DNA of 47,307 nt from a bacterium (GTDB taxonomy: Bacteria > Planctomycetota > SKW154 > DAOVDS01), in contig DAOVDS010000002.1 in the NCBI GenBank assembly GCA_030669415.1, positions 1-47,307 of the forward strand, written 5' to 3'. Numbering within the stretch: position 1 is the stretch's first letter; every line of letters starts with the position of its first letter. The notes under the pieces were generated by a model that did no database searches, was not told the DNA's origin, and saw only the letters and a program-made list of their open reading frames with translations. The translations under genes were made by a program, and so were the position numbers. Shown here one piece after another: positions 16,501 through 24,300 of the stretch.

Positions 16501-18534
16501 GGGCGAGAAATCCTGCTGGCTGTCCATGGTCCAGGCCACAGTCATCGGCGGGGCAATCTCGACTACCTGGTGTATGGTGTGTCTGGCCAGCTCTGTGCCG
16601 ACAGGCGAGTTGATAATCCCCGTGGCTTTCAGCGAGAAGATGTTGTAAGACTTGTAGCAGAACCCCGTGGTCGAGGCCACAAGCGACGGGTCGTTCGGGT
16701 TGATGGCGTTGGTGAGCAGGGCGACCTTGTCCCTGTCGGAGATAACATCCATTCCGGCGGCGGACTCGAGGATGCCGTTGAGGTCTTCGTGACAAGTCGG
16801 CGGGCTCTCCCTTATGAGCTTCACCAGCTCCTCGGCTTCCTTGACAGTAATCCAGTCGGGTTCCCTCTTCTGTCTCTGCTGCCTGCCGCGCATGATGTAT
16901 CGTATGTCCGACTCGAACGGCTCGTGTCGCAGTCCCACCAACAGGGCCTTGAGCACCCGGTCGCTGCAGGAGTTTATGTTGACGGGGTGGCGCAGGCACG
17001 CCTGCACGCGGGCCTCTCCGGCGACATAGGAGTTGACAATATCCCTGTCGGTGACGACCCTGCCGAAGCGGTCACGCCCCGCGACGACAGCATACTCCAC
17101 GCTGTTTGCGCTGGAGATGCGAACCAGCGTGCCTCTGTTGAAGTGGCGCGTGTCTGCGATGGGCAGTCTGCGCCTGTTTGTGTAGCCGCGTGTGATTTCG
17201 GGCACATCGTCCCGGATTCGGGTAGCCCGGGACCAGTCCCTCGAGCGCCAGGAGTAGGTGGTTATGAAACCCTTGATTCTCTTATAGTCTATTGCGCCGA
17301 AAGTCTCAAGGAACAGGACCTCCTTGAGGGTCTTAATGTTCCTGAACGCCTGTGGCAGGAACTTCTTGAGCCTGTCCGTCTTCGCCTGCTCTTCCGCCTC
17401 AATCTCCTCGATGTACTCGTTGAAGGCCTGGGTCATCTGCTCGAACCACTGCCTTCTGCGCGAGTTCTCCGGCATGCTCGACGGAATTCTGCGCCCAATC
17501 CGGTCAACAACGCTGTCACCCAGCAGTCCACGGAGTTTCTCTGTGTCATATCCGTATTCCGCCAGTTTCTTATTGACATCCTTCTGGTCGGGGGTGTAGT
17601 CGGGCTTCTCCGGCTCGATAAGCCTGCCGGGGTCTATCTTGGCATCTTCTATGTCCTGCTCATCGACGCCGAGGTCCTTGAGCTTGTCGATGTAAAGCTG
17701 GCGGTAAAGCAGCGCCTCGGCGACAGCGTCGAACTTGGTCCAGCTCGATATCTCGCGAATGGACTCGGGCGTGGAAAAGAGCCTCAACTGCCTGTTCGCG
17801 TCGTGTGAGCGGTGCTCCGATACCTTGAAGGCCCGACCGTCATAGACCAGCGCCCCGCGCTTATGCTCGTCAGCCACGAGGAAGATGCCCCGCAGGCAGC
17901 CGGTGAGCGCTCCTTCGGAAATACCGCGGTAGGCGATATACTCGGTGTCTACACGCACGTAGCCGTCAATCGTGTCGGGGTCGCCGTCGGAGTAGAATAT
18001 TGACGGGTCTTCGACGGGAATAATCGTCTCATCAACCTTAATGGAGGCGGACAGCTCGGTAACTCCCAGCAGGTTGGCAATCAGCCAGGGCGTGGCGGAA
18101 TTGATGTTGACCTTGCCCTGCTCGTCCTGGGCCTCGACGGACCACATCTCGCCCCTGGGGTCGTTAAAAGACTTGCTTGTCCCGTCTGATAGGGAAACGT
18201 CCAGCGGCAGCGGCGGCACGAGAAGCTCGTCGTAATCGTCGAAATCGGGGCTGTCGAACCCGGAGAAGGTTGAGCCGGAGGCACCCCCGCCGTTGAGCAG
18301 GTTGTAGCGTTCGTTGTCGTCGTGGGTGGCATAGAGACTAACAATGGCATGGTTGAGCGCGCCGCGCGCAGCCCATTCGGCACGCTTCTTGTCCATGAAG
18401 TTCTTGGACGACTTCTCGGCAAGGCGCATTGAGGCCATGAACGGCACTGCGATTATCATGAGCGCCGCGATAACCACAACCACCATGAGCAGGGCAACCC
18501 CCTTCTCCCTATCCCGTGTCATACCTGTCTTCAT
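13564..18534 (-). CDS. Giant GspK/PilX-like minor pilin with LamG-like domain and repeated beta modules
   Basis: KG|VALLMVVVVIAALMIIA (no Glu5, GspK/PilX-like), DEQGKVNINSA, PVNINSC, LamG-like FWFKP...WYHVACSW...MFVDG, repeated RGxxxTxxxxHxxGxxV. TAATG coupling to the upstream gene. Confidence 0.75.
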   Translation of the reverse strand: MKTGMTRDREKGVALLMVVVVIAALMIIAVPFMASMRLAEKSSKNFMDKKRAEWAARGALNHAIVSLYATHDDNERYNLLNGGGASGSTFSGFDSPDFDDYDELLVPPLPLDVSLSDGTSKSFNDPRGEMWSVEAQDEQGKVNINSATPWLIANLLGVTELSASIKVDETIIPVEDPSIFYSDGDPDTIDGYVRVDTEYIAYRGISEGALTGCLRGIFLVADEHKRGALVYDGRAFKVSEHRSHDANRQLRLFSTPESIREISSWTKFDAVAEALLYRQLYIDKLKDLGVDEQDIEDAKIDPGRLIEPEKPDYTPDQKDVNKKLAEYGYDTEKLRGLLGDSVVDRIGRRIPSSMPENSRRRQWFEQMTQAFNEYIEEIEAEEQAKTDRLKKFLPQAFRNIKTLKEVLFLETFGAIDYKRIKGFITTYSWRSRDWSRATRIRDDVPEITRGYTNRRRLPIADTRHFNRGTLVRISSANSVEYAVVAGRDRFGRVVTDRDIVNSYVAGEARVQACLRHPVNINSCSDRVLKALLVGLRHEPFESDIRYIMRGRQQRQKREPDWITVKEAEELVKLIRESPPTCHEDLNGILESAAGMDVISDRDKVALLTNAINPNDPSLVASTTGFCYKSYNIFSLKATGIINSPVGTELARHTIHQVVEIAPPMTVAWTMDSQQDFSPGIVRWLDRNSGRKSVLQFDDREANHLTTTPNSLNANWAFPSHSHDPQEGDFKIEAGRLNDGNKYTEHYDQTIDGQSTQNGIPVQTASQFPIIPERRGRNPQSVGTGYCAFWFKPSWSAGAHYFLDHAKGEYESRVTFYYDGSDLVLMVCDAGLDQIGNTLRAPYTFDADTWYHVACSWKGVRYGDLAMFVDGRSLGTYENVTRLVGDIDDKVYQITVENASDLPLGPIDASRGWFPAIKVDSEAMNVVEINGNTLTILSQLEAATTIPPPAGWTPQLIRASVRGTVPTYHKDGAVVTILGYSSFLKEDLRVGGALTVYDLPSPTPQTIVNRPRNPADPAGTFNGVLATDVEVLVVSTANFPPEGFILIDQEKIYYSGFAVDKFTGCVRGMENTTAADHSNGAFVKLISLKVTNTTDYKDSGYVQLDDEWIKYEKAKDANYKQQYFIMPYGSGGGGGPVTPPGGGGPGIDPRRGGRGGRGGDPIPLPPRGGSGLTPRPVPRPRRPGSILLPDPLTSFESTITRGIGIFPQPVPPGPIPLPISDSCRGQEGTVSNSHAAGTKVIPVFDVQRDYSGGGDMVTVIDAQQKNLMQVNHSSGKKVALTDFAPRQFNQNEWGRLLKWPSGELPTEVQPITMIGGSALGGAGVMGMIDEITVSGDTVHSPYATYGFVANVDLGPNDTSMVFGVRQSHGGNQPPGGSPGPSSAGGVPQLRQYGGLIKIDDEIIGVVDVDSGSSTFGRLKRGLLGSIPAAHAEGARIYIIPYPRAGVFDGGLTEETIPCRNPGQTPRQGYIQVARTDGCGEIVPYRYSRRREFRRYADIYGQGVFRGAFGSPVTGFSSSDLGIFMPFRYHDLYEPNRDSRQGVYFLAINNFNYAYFRGITWDATVPQGTLTKVQVRIDGRPGWDTAPSNKKGGIFEFLDPDGENLIGVMGQRVEIRVYLTYAQDAYLSNAWKDTPIVRSITLEYDQPCIVHHHETPKE

Positions 18535-20030
18535 TATTCTTCTTCCTTTTCTTCTTCCTCAACCTGTCTTAGCTTCATCTTGCCGTACCTGTTGATGGTG
18601 ATAATCGCGTGCTTGTACTTCTCGGGCGGACCGGACTGCTTCTTCTCAATTTCCTTAAGCGCCTCTTCCGAGGATATGGGCGCGGATGCCCCGCCGGAGC
18701 GGCTCACGTACTCGATTTCTTCCTCCTCCGGCTCCGGCGCTTCGTAGTCCGGGTTCTCAGTCAGCCTGATTACTACATCCCCTTCGTGGCGCTCCGGGTC
18801 CAGCCTGCCCTGCGAGTCGAAGTAAATCGTCTGCGGATATCCCATAAGAGATGCGGAATCCAGCTTCTCAACCTCGGGGTCCACAATGGCACCGATACGC
18901 ACGTCGTCAATGATACCGTAGAAGCTCTCCTCGCTGTCGCTTATGAACAGGCTCATGTCGGTCTCGACAAGGTGCTCCGGCAGCATGCCTCTCGCATCCT
19001 CAGGCGGCATGCTGGCGATGGGTTCGAGCCTGGCAAGCGAGTGACGAGCATCAACGAAGAAAATAGTCAGCGGGACATTGTTTACATACAGCCTTGCCTT
19101 GTCCGGCGGATAGTCAATCGATGCGCTGTAGTGCAGCACGATATGGTTCCACATGTTCGGGGTCACCACATTGTCGAGCGTGCGAAGCGGATAGTAGCTC
19201 TTCGGCTCTGCGAAACCGAACTCGAGGGCGTAGTTTTCCGTAAGCTTCAGGAAATAGGAACCTTCCTTGAACACAATTGCGAATCGCTCTTCCTTGTCGT
19301 ATTTCTGCTTGAAGGTTATCTCGTTTAGCGCCCGGCGCCTGGCCTGCTCTTCAAGCTCCTCCTCATCGGGAGCAGATTCCTCGTCATCGTCGTCGTCATC
19401 CTTCTGGAGCTTTCCCATAAGCTCCTTGTACACGTCACCGCGGAAGTCTCCGGGGAATATCCATGCCTCGAGCACGAGGCCGCCTGGCGGCGTGAAGGCT
19501 GGCAGGTTCCCGCAATCCACGTAAGAGTCCCTGACATCAAGCCCCTGGCCGGTGCCGAACTCCAGCCCGTTGCCTGTCTTCCCCTGCACAAGATAGGCAT
19601 TGGTGACCTTGCCCCTCATCCCGAAGGCGCCCACGACCTCGTCACCGATAATCTCCTCGAAATGCCACTGCGCGACCGTCTTCTGTCCAAGGCCGAATAT
19701 CGTGTTTTCACGAGGGATTACGTGCACCTCGGAAGATGCCTCGTTTGTGAGGGAGAAGTTGCGGGCGGCGCGGATTACAGCCTGCGTACGCAGTATGTTC
19801 GCCTCGAACCCCCACTCGCACGAGAGTCTTGAAAGCACTGTCACGCCAAGGCCCAGAAGCAAGGAGACGATAGAGATGACCACCAGCAGCTCGAAGAGAG
19901 TGAAACCGGCCTGAAGCCTGTAACCAGTATCCAGTAGCGAGTAACCAGGGACAAAACCGGATGAAATTTTCATCCTTTTCCTCCCTGGATACTGGTTGCT
20001 GGTTACTGGTTGCTGATTACCCTTTTTCAC
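18534..20030 (-). CDS. GspH/FimT-like minor prepilin with inserted LamG/ConA-like domain (start GTG 20030 or ATG 19973)
   Basis: AG|FTLFELLVVISIV; LamG-like VAQWHFEE...LEAWIFP...WNHIVL...LYVN...FYGIIDDVRI; C-terminal IYFDSQG...ITINRYG. Confidence 0.78.
   Translation of the reverse strand: MKKGNQQPVTSNQYPGRKRMKISSGFVPGYSLLDTGYRLQAGFTLFELLVVISIVSLLLGLGVTVLSRLSCEWGFEANILRTQAVIRAARNFSLTNEASSEVHVIPRENTIFGLGQKTVAQWHFEEIIGDEVVGAFGMRGKVTNAYLVQGKTGNGLEFGTGQGLDVRDSYVDCGNLPAFTPPGGLVLEAWIFPGDFRGDVYKELMGKLQKDDDDDDEESAPDEEELEEQARRRALNEITFKQKYDKEERFAIVFKEGSYFLKLTENYALEFGFAEPKSYYPLRTLDNVVTPNMWNHIVLHYSASIDYPPDKARLYVNNVPLTIFFVDARHSLARLEPIASMPPEDARGMLPEHLVETDMSLFISDSEESFYGIIDDVRIGAIVDPEVEKLDSASLMGYPQTIYFDSQGRLDPERHEGDVVIRLTENPDYEAPEPEEEEIEYVSRSGGASAPISSEEALKEIEKKQSGPPEKYKHAIITINRYGKMKLRQVEEEEKEEE
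19920..20020. repeat. ~100-nt heptamer-repeat (ACCAGTA-like) imperfect palindrome around a start region
   Basis: Left arm 19920-19951 and right arm from 19982 are 26/32 complementary. The inner palindrome GGATGAAATTTTCATCC (19959-19975) contains ATG 19973. Confidence 0.85.
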
Positions 20031-20659
20031 TGCTTTCCCCACGAGCCGATATCGTCGCCTTCACCGTTCTCATTCTTGCCGTCGGGCCCTATCGACCATA
20101 TCTGATAGCGCGACCAACTGTGATAGGTGGCCGTCTTTTTCGACTTGCCCGGCTTGAAGCCGGAGAGGTTCTTGCGGCCCAGCCCCCTGTAGGTGCACAT
20201 GTAGCTCTTGGGCTTCTTGTAGTCGCGGTTGTGGAAGTAGACAAGCGGGTTGCCCCAGGAATCAACAATCTCGCGGGCCTGCCTGTCCCCGAAGAACCAG
20301 TTGAGCGGATAGCTCGCAGGGATATTGTCCTTGTCGAGATTGCTGTAATACTTCTCCTCCAGCTCGACGTACGGCGGCCCCTTGGCCTTGCTCGACAGGT
20401 GCACGACGAGCGATTCGATGCCGTCGTTGACCTTGTTGGAGTAGAATCCCTCATCCTTCAGCGAGGTGGGCGGGTAATCGCCGTAGTCGTGCTCGTATTC
20501 CTGAAGCGCCATCATCAGTTGCTTTATGAGCGTGTCCGTCTCCGTCTCCTTGGCCCTGGAGCTTACTTTTATAAGTGAAGGCAGGAGAAGCCCCATGAGC
20601 AGGCTGAGAATCGCCACCACAACCAGCATCTCGACAAGGGTGAAGCCGCCGCGCCGCAT
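20027..20659 (-). CDS. gspG: Major pseudopilin-like protein (GspG/T2SSG domain)
   Basis: MRRGG|FTLVEMLVVVAIL, ALQEYEHDYGDYPP, VDSWGNPLVY, YQIWSIGPDG...DDIGSW. Start reassigned to ATG 20659. Confidence 0.8.
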   Translation of the reverse strand: MRRGGFTLVEMLVVVAILSLLMGLLLPSLIKVSSRAKETETDTLIKQLMMALQEYEHDYGDYPPTSLKDEGFYSNKVNDGIESLVVHLSSKAKGPPYVELEEKYYSNLDKDNIPASYPLNWFFGDRQAREIVDSWGNPLVYFHNRDYKKPKSYMCTYRGLGRKNLSGFKPGKSKKTATYHSWSRYQIWSIGPDGKNENGEGDDIGSWGKQ

Positions 20660-20673
20660 AATTCCTTCCTCTC

Positions 20674-22929
20674 CTAAAAGCCGGACCCGCTCTTCTTGAC
20701 GCCCGGTCTCTGTCTGAACACGCGCACCTTCTCCACGACCAGCGTCCATCCTATTCCCGCCTCCGCCTGGCCATACACGCCGACAACGAGCTCTTTCACA
20801 CGCGCCAGGGGCGCGCACGAGAATAGCGCTTTGCGCACACCGTCAAGGATAAGCTCGATGTTCCCCGTCTTGTAGTCCAGGCCGATTCCCAACGTGTGGC
20901 TCTCCGTGTCAAGCGGGAAACGCCCTATTGCTATGGGCATATCAACTGACTTCCATTTGCCCCTCTTCTCCGTGAAGTTGTAGGCGAGCGAGCCATCCAC
21001 GTCCTTTATCAGGATGACGGCGCCCTGGATTTCTCCCTTGCTGCCCCGCTTCTCAATTCTCAGGCCGAACCGCGCCCCCGCAGCATCCAGCCCGTTGAGA
21101 ACCGCTTCAATGCGCTTGAAGGCACTGCCGGACTCCGTGCGACGAAGGAAAGGTCTCTTGCCTCCCTCGCGCTGCGTGCCTGAGAAGCGTGCCGCGTTGG
21201 ACTCGATTTTCATCTCAATTCCGCAGGTGCCGTCATTCTCCTCCGTCCAGTCGTTCGAGACATCGTCGGAGTCGGAGCGCGTGAAGCTGTCCTCCCAGAG
21301 GTCCCAGTAGAGTATCTGATTGATCTTTGTGATAGCATCCCCGGCGTATGCGTCGTCAGGGTCAACGACCAGGACGCTCATGAACCGGGCCATGGCACCC
21401 GCGAGGTCGCCGGATGTATAGGCCAGATAGCCCAGCGCGTCGAGCGCCTCGACGTGAGCCGAATTCAGTTCCACAGCCCTCTCCAGGTGCCTGCGGGCGA
21501 GGAAGTCCAGCTTCAGCTTCACGCAGCTCATTGCCAGCAGATAGTGGGCGTCCGCATCCTTGTCATCCGCCGCAATGGAGTAGCGCAGGTTCCTGGCGGC
21601 TACATCGTAGTTCCCAAGCTCGTACTCTATGCGCCCGAGGAACTTGAATACTTCCACGGGCCTGTACCCGTTCTTCAGCGCGCGGGTGAGTTCCCTGCTC
21701 GCCGAGTCCTTGTCGTCGGCAGCGTAGTAAGCGCCCGCAAGCTTGAAGTAGGCGACTCCCGATGCCGGCTCAATCTCGATAGCCCTCATGTAGGCGCTTA
21801 TCGCATCTTCACCCTTGTTCTCGTTCTCGGCAAGATACCCGCGCGCCACCTCGGCCCGCCAGTTCCCGGGGTCAACAGTCAGCGCCTGCGCAAGCTCAGT
21901 GGCCGCTGAAGTGAACTTGCCCATGCGTGCATGCACAAGCCCGAGCGTGGTCAGCACAGCCGCGTCAGGCAGCCCGACCGCCTGTGCCCGGCCCAGCCAT
22001 ACCTGCGCATCCTGGAGTTCGCCCTTCAAATACGCAATCGAGCCCAGCAGCGCAAACGGCTTCGGGTAATAGGGGTCAATAGTAGCGGCCTGGGCGAGCG
22101 CGGCCTCCGCCTCATCGAGCTCGCCCAGCACGACCTTCGCCTCGCCCTTGCCAAGCAGGGAGCGGAAATCGTCCGGCGAGGAGGCGAGCACAGCCTCAAA
22201 CTCCTTGAGCGCTTCCTCCGGCTGCCCCAGCTCAAGAAGCATCTCGCCAATCTCGTGGCGCGACCACGTGCCTATTTCCGGGACGCCGGCGGACGCGCTC
22301 GTCTCGAGAGCCTTTCTTAAAATCGGAATCGCACCACGCAGCAGGCCTGTCTTGCGCACCGCAAGCCCGAGACGGTAGTAAATCCGCGGGTCGTTCACAC
22401 CACTGCCGATAGCGTGGCGGTACAGTTCGATCTCGTCGTTGAGCTGCTTCTCGGTCGGCGTAACAGTCTTGCGGTACTCCTCACCCAGCAGGTCTGAAAG
22501 CAGCAGGTAAGCGTCAAGAAACTTGGCGTCTATCTTGACGGCGTCTCGCAGCACCTCTTTCGTATTTTCATGCAGCTTGGGGAACTGGAGCGACCACTTC
22601 GCCAGCTCGTAGCATGCCTTGAAATCGCCGACCTGAACCCTGCTGCGCTTGATGTTGAACGCCATAAGAGGCGTGGTTCTCGCCTTGAAATCGACGACAA
22701 TTTCCTTCGGGATAGGTATTTCCACATCAGGCTGAGTAAGCGTCCTGATGTAGTAGTGAGTTTCGGTAATCCGCACGACTGTACCGATGAGAGGCTGCAT
22801 GGCATCCTTGACGAGAATCTCGTCGTACTCCCGAATCTCCGGCTCATCCTCTTTCTCCTGCGCCATGAGCACGGGCGCGGCCAAGAGAACCGCCGTCACT
22901 GCAACGATGCTGAGTATCAGTCTGTTCAC
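20674..22929 (-). CDS. Secreted TPR-repeat protein with C-terminal beta-sandwich domain
   Basis: Signal peptide (…AAPVLMA|QE), many TPR-like repeats, C-terminal EDSFTRSDS beta region. Start GTG 22929 after SD AGGAG. Confidence 0.8.
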   Translation of the reverse strand: MNRLILSIVAVTAVLLAAPVLMAQEKEDEPEIREYDEILVKDAMQPLIGTVVRITETHYYIRTLTQPDVEIPIPKEIVVDFKARTTPLMAFNIKRSRVQVGDFKACYELAKWSLQFPKLHENTKEVLRDAVKIDAKFLDAYLLLSDLLGEEYRKTVTPTEKQLNDEIELYRHAIGSGVNDPRIYYRLGLAVRKTGLLRGAIPILRKALETSASAGVPEIGTWSRHEIGEMLLELGQPEEALKEFEAVLASSPDDFRSLLGKGEAKVVLGELDEAEAALAQAATIDPYYPKPFALLGSIAYLKGELQDAQVWLGRAQAVGLPDAAVLTTLGLVHARMGKFTSAATELAQALTVDPGNWRAEVARGYLAENENKGEDAISAYMRAIEIEPASGVAYFKLAGAYYAADDKDSASRELTRALKNGYRPVEVFKFLGRIEYELGNYDVAARNLRYSIAADDKDADAHYLLAMSCVKLKLDFLARRHLERAVELNSAHVEALDALGYLAYTSGDLAGAMARFMSVLVVDPDDAYAGDAITKINQILYWDLWEDSFTRSDSDDVSNDWTEENDGTCGIEMKIESNAARFSGTQREGGKRPFLRRTESGSAFKRIEAVLNGLDAAGARFGLRIEKRGSKGEIQGAVILIKDVDGSLAYNFTEKRGKWKSVDMPIAIGRFPLDTESHTLGIGLDYKTGNIELILDGVRKALFSCAPLARVKELVVGVYGQAEAGIGWTLVVEKVRVFRQRPGVKKSGSGF

Positions 22930-22964
22930 GGAACCTGTCTCCTGTCTATTCCTGCACACGGGTC

Positions 22965-23420
22965 TTATTCGCTATCCCCTTCTGTACCTTCATCCGCTCC
23001 CTCTTGCGTTCCTTCGCCGGGCTGCGCCTCTTCGATTGAAGCGGGCGGCTTCAACTGCCGCAGCACGGGTCTGAGGCTCTGGCGCGGCGCGAACGGGGGA
23101 ACCGGCACGACCTTTGCCACAGCCCTGAGATTGGGCTCCTCCAGGGGAAACACATCTTCGGTCGGCTTGCTGGTCTGCTCTGGCGGTGTCCAGGGGTTGC
23201 GCACCGGGTCGGGCATTCCCGTCCCCCAGTAGAAGTCGAACGTCTTTTCGAGGAACGTCACCTTTGCAGCAGGCATGGGCGGCACAACTCCCTCAGTCTC
23301 AAGCGGAATATCCGGCACTGTACCGGAGACCCCTTCTCCCGAGAACGCGGTGGTAAGGCCGTAGAGCGCTATTACGACCGCCACCAGGATAACCACTTTT
23401 TCCTTGTTCAGATATCCCAT
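22965..23420 (-). CDS. Hypothetical membrane-anchored Pro-rich protein (PilP-like position)
   Basis: N-terminal hydrophobic segment, RNPW motif, located after the pilO-like gene. Confidence 0.6.
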   Translation of the reverse strand: MGYLNKEKVVILVAVVIALYGLTTAFSGEGVSGTVPDIPLETEGVVPPMPAAKVTFLEKTFDFYWGTGMPDPVRNPWTPPEQTSKPTEDVFPLEEPNLRAVAKVVPVPPFAPRQSLRPVLRQLKPPASIEEAQPGEGTQEGADEGTEGDSE

Positions 23421-23448
23421 TCACCAGTCCTTTCGATATCCAGCCGGT

Positions 23449-24300
23449 TCAGTACCTGCGCCTTCCCGGACGCCGGCGCGGAGGGGTCCTGCCGCCACCT
23501 TCTTTTCGTACCGGAGGCAGTTCTCTTCCCTCGTCCTTGAGCTGTGAACGGTCAAGCACCCTCAAGGCGGCCAGGCGAAGCTTGGCCAGGAGAATGTCCT
23601 GACCCGGTAAGTCGTTGATTTCGCAGTCCTGCATCTCGAGGAAATCGCCTTCCTTGTGGAACGACAGCATCACGCTCGCCAGCGAGTACAAATCCCCTTC
23701 AATCTCGACAAGAAACGGCAGACGCCGCACGACTGTCGTAGTCCCTTCAACAACCTCAATAGTGACTTCCTTGTGCTGCAGCTTTCGAATGCGCCGCACC
23801 TTGCTCTCAATGCACTTGTTGACCAGGGCGGACGTCGCCGCAAGGCGAAGACGCAGCTCATTGACTTCCTGCTTCGTGTTGTTTTTCTTAATCTTGTCAC
23901 GAATGTCCCAGTTGGTTTCCGGTATGGTGATGTTCTTGCGGCGGGCCTCGTTCTTCGCGCGGCCCTGGATATTCTTGAGCTCCTGCCCGAGATGAAAGGC
24001 CGGGTCCACACCCTCAGGTGGTTGTGACAGGGTATCGGGGAACTCGAGCTTCACGTTGATGCCTGGGAAGGATTCCTTCTTGAAAACCTCATTCTTCTTT
24101 CTGGCGCTGCCCTCGAGACCGCTGAACTTGTCTATGGTGTCTTCAAGCTCTTCTATCTTGGACTGATTGTCTTCCCTTGCCTCAGCCGCTTCCTGGCGTA
24201 CCGAGGAGTCATATCCCAGCATCAGAAGGAGAATCCCGAGCGCGATTCCCACGGTCAGCAGGAACTTCTTGGTCTCGTCGATCTTCAGTGCCACCTTCAT
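23449..24300 (-). CDS. PilO/GspM-like inner-membrane assembly protein
   Basis: N-terminal TM, coiled coil, RLPFLVEIEGDLYSLASVM (PilO-like). ATGA overlap with pilM. Confidence 0.65.
   Translation of the reverse strand: MKVALKIDETKKFLLTVGIALGILLLMLGYDSSVRQEAAEAREDNQSKIEELEDTIDKFSGLEGSARKKNEVFKKESFPGINVKLEFPDTLSQPPEGVDPAFHLGQELKNIQGRAKNEARRKNITIPETNWDIRDKIKKNNTKQEVNELRLRLAATSALVNKCIESKVRRIRKLQHKEVTIEVVEGTTTVVRRLPFLVEIEGDLYSLASVMLSFHKEGDFLEMQDCEINDLPGQDILLAKLRLAALRVLDRSQLKDEGRELPPVRKEGGGRTPPRRRPGRRRY

Noticed and set aside
10894-20020. Repeats interpreted as a CRISPR array
   Set aside because: Units are 7-9 nt, tandem and inverted, with no unique spacers and no cas genes.
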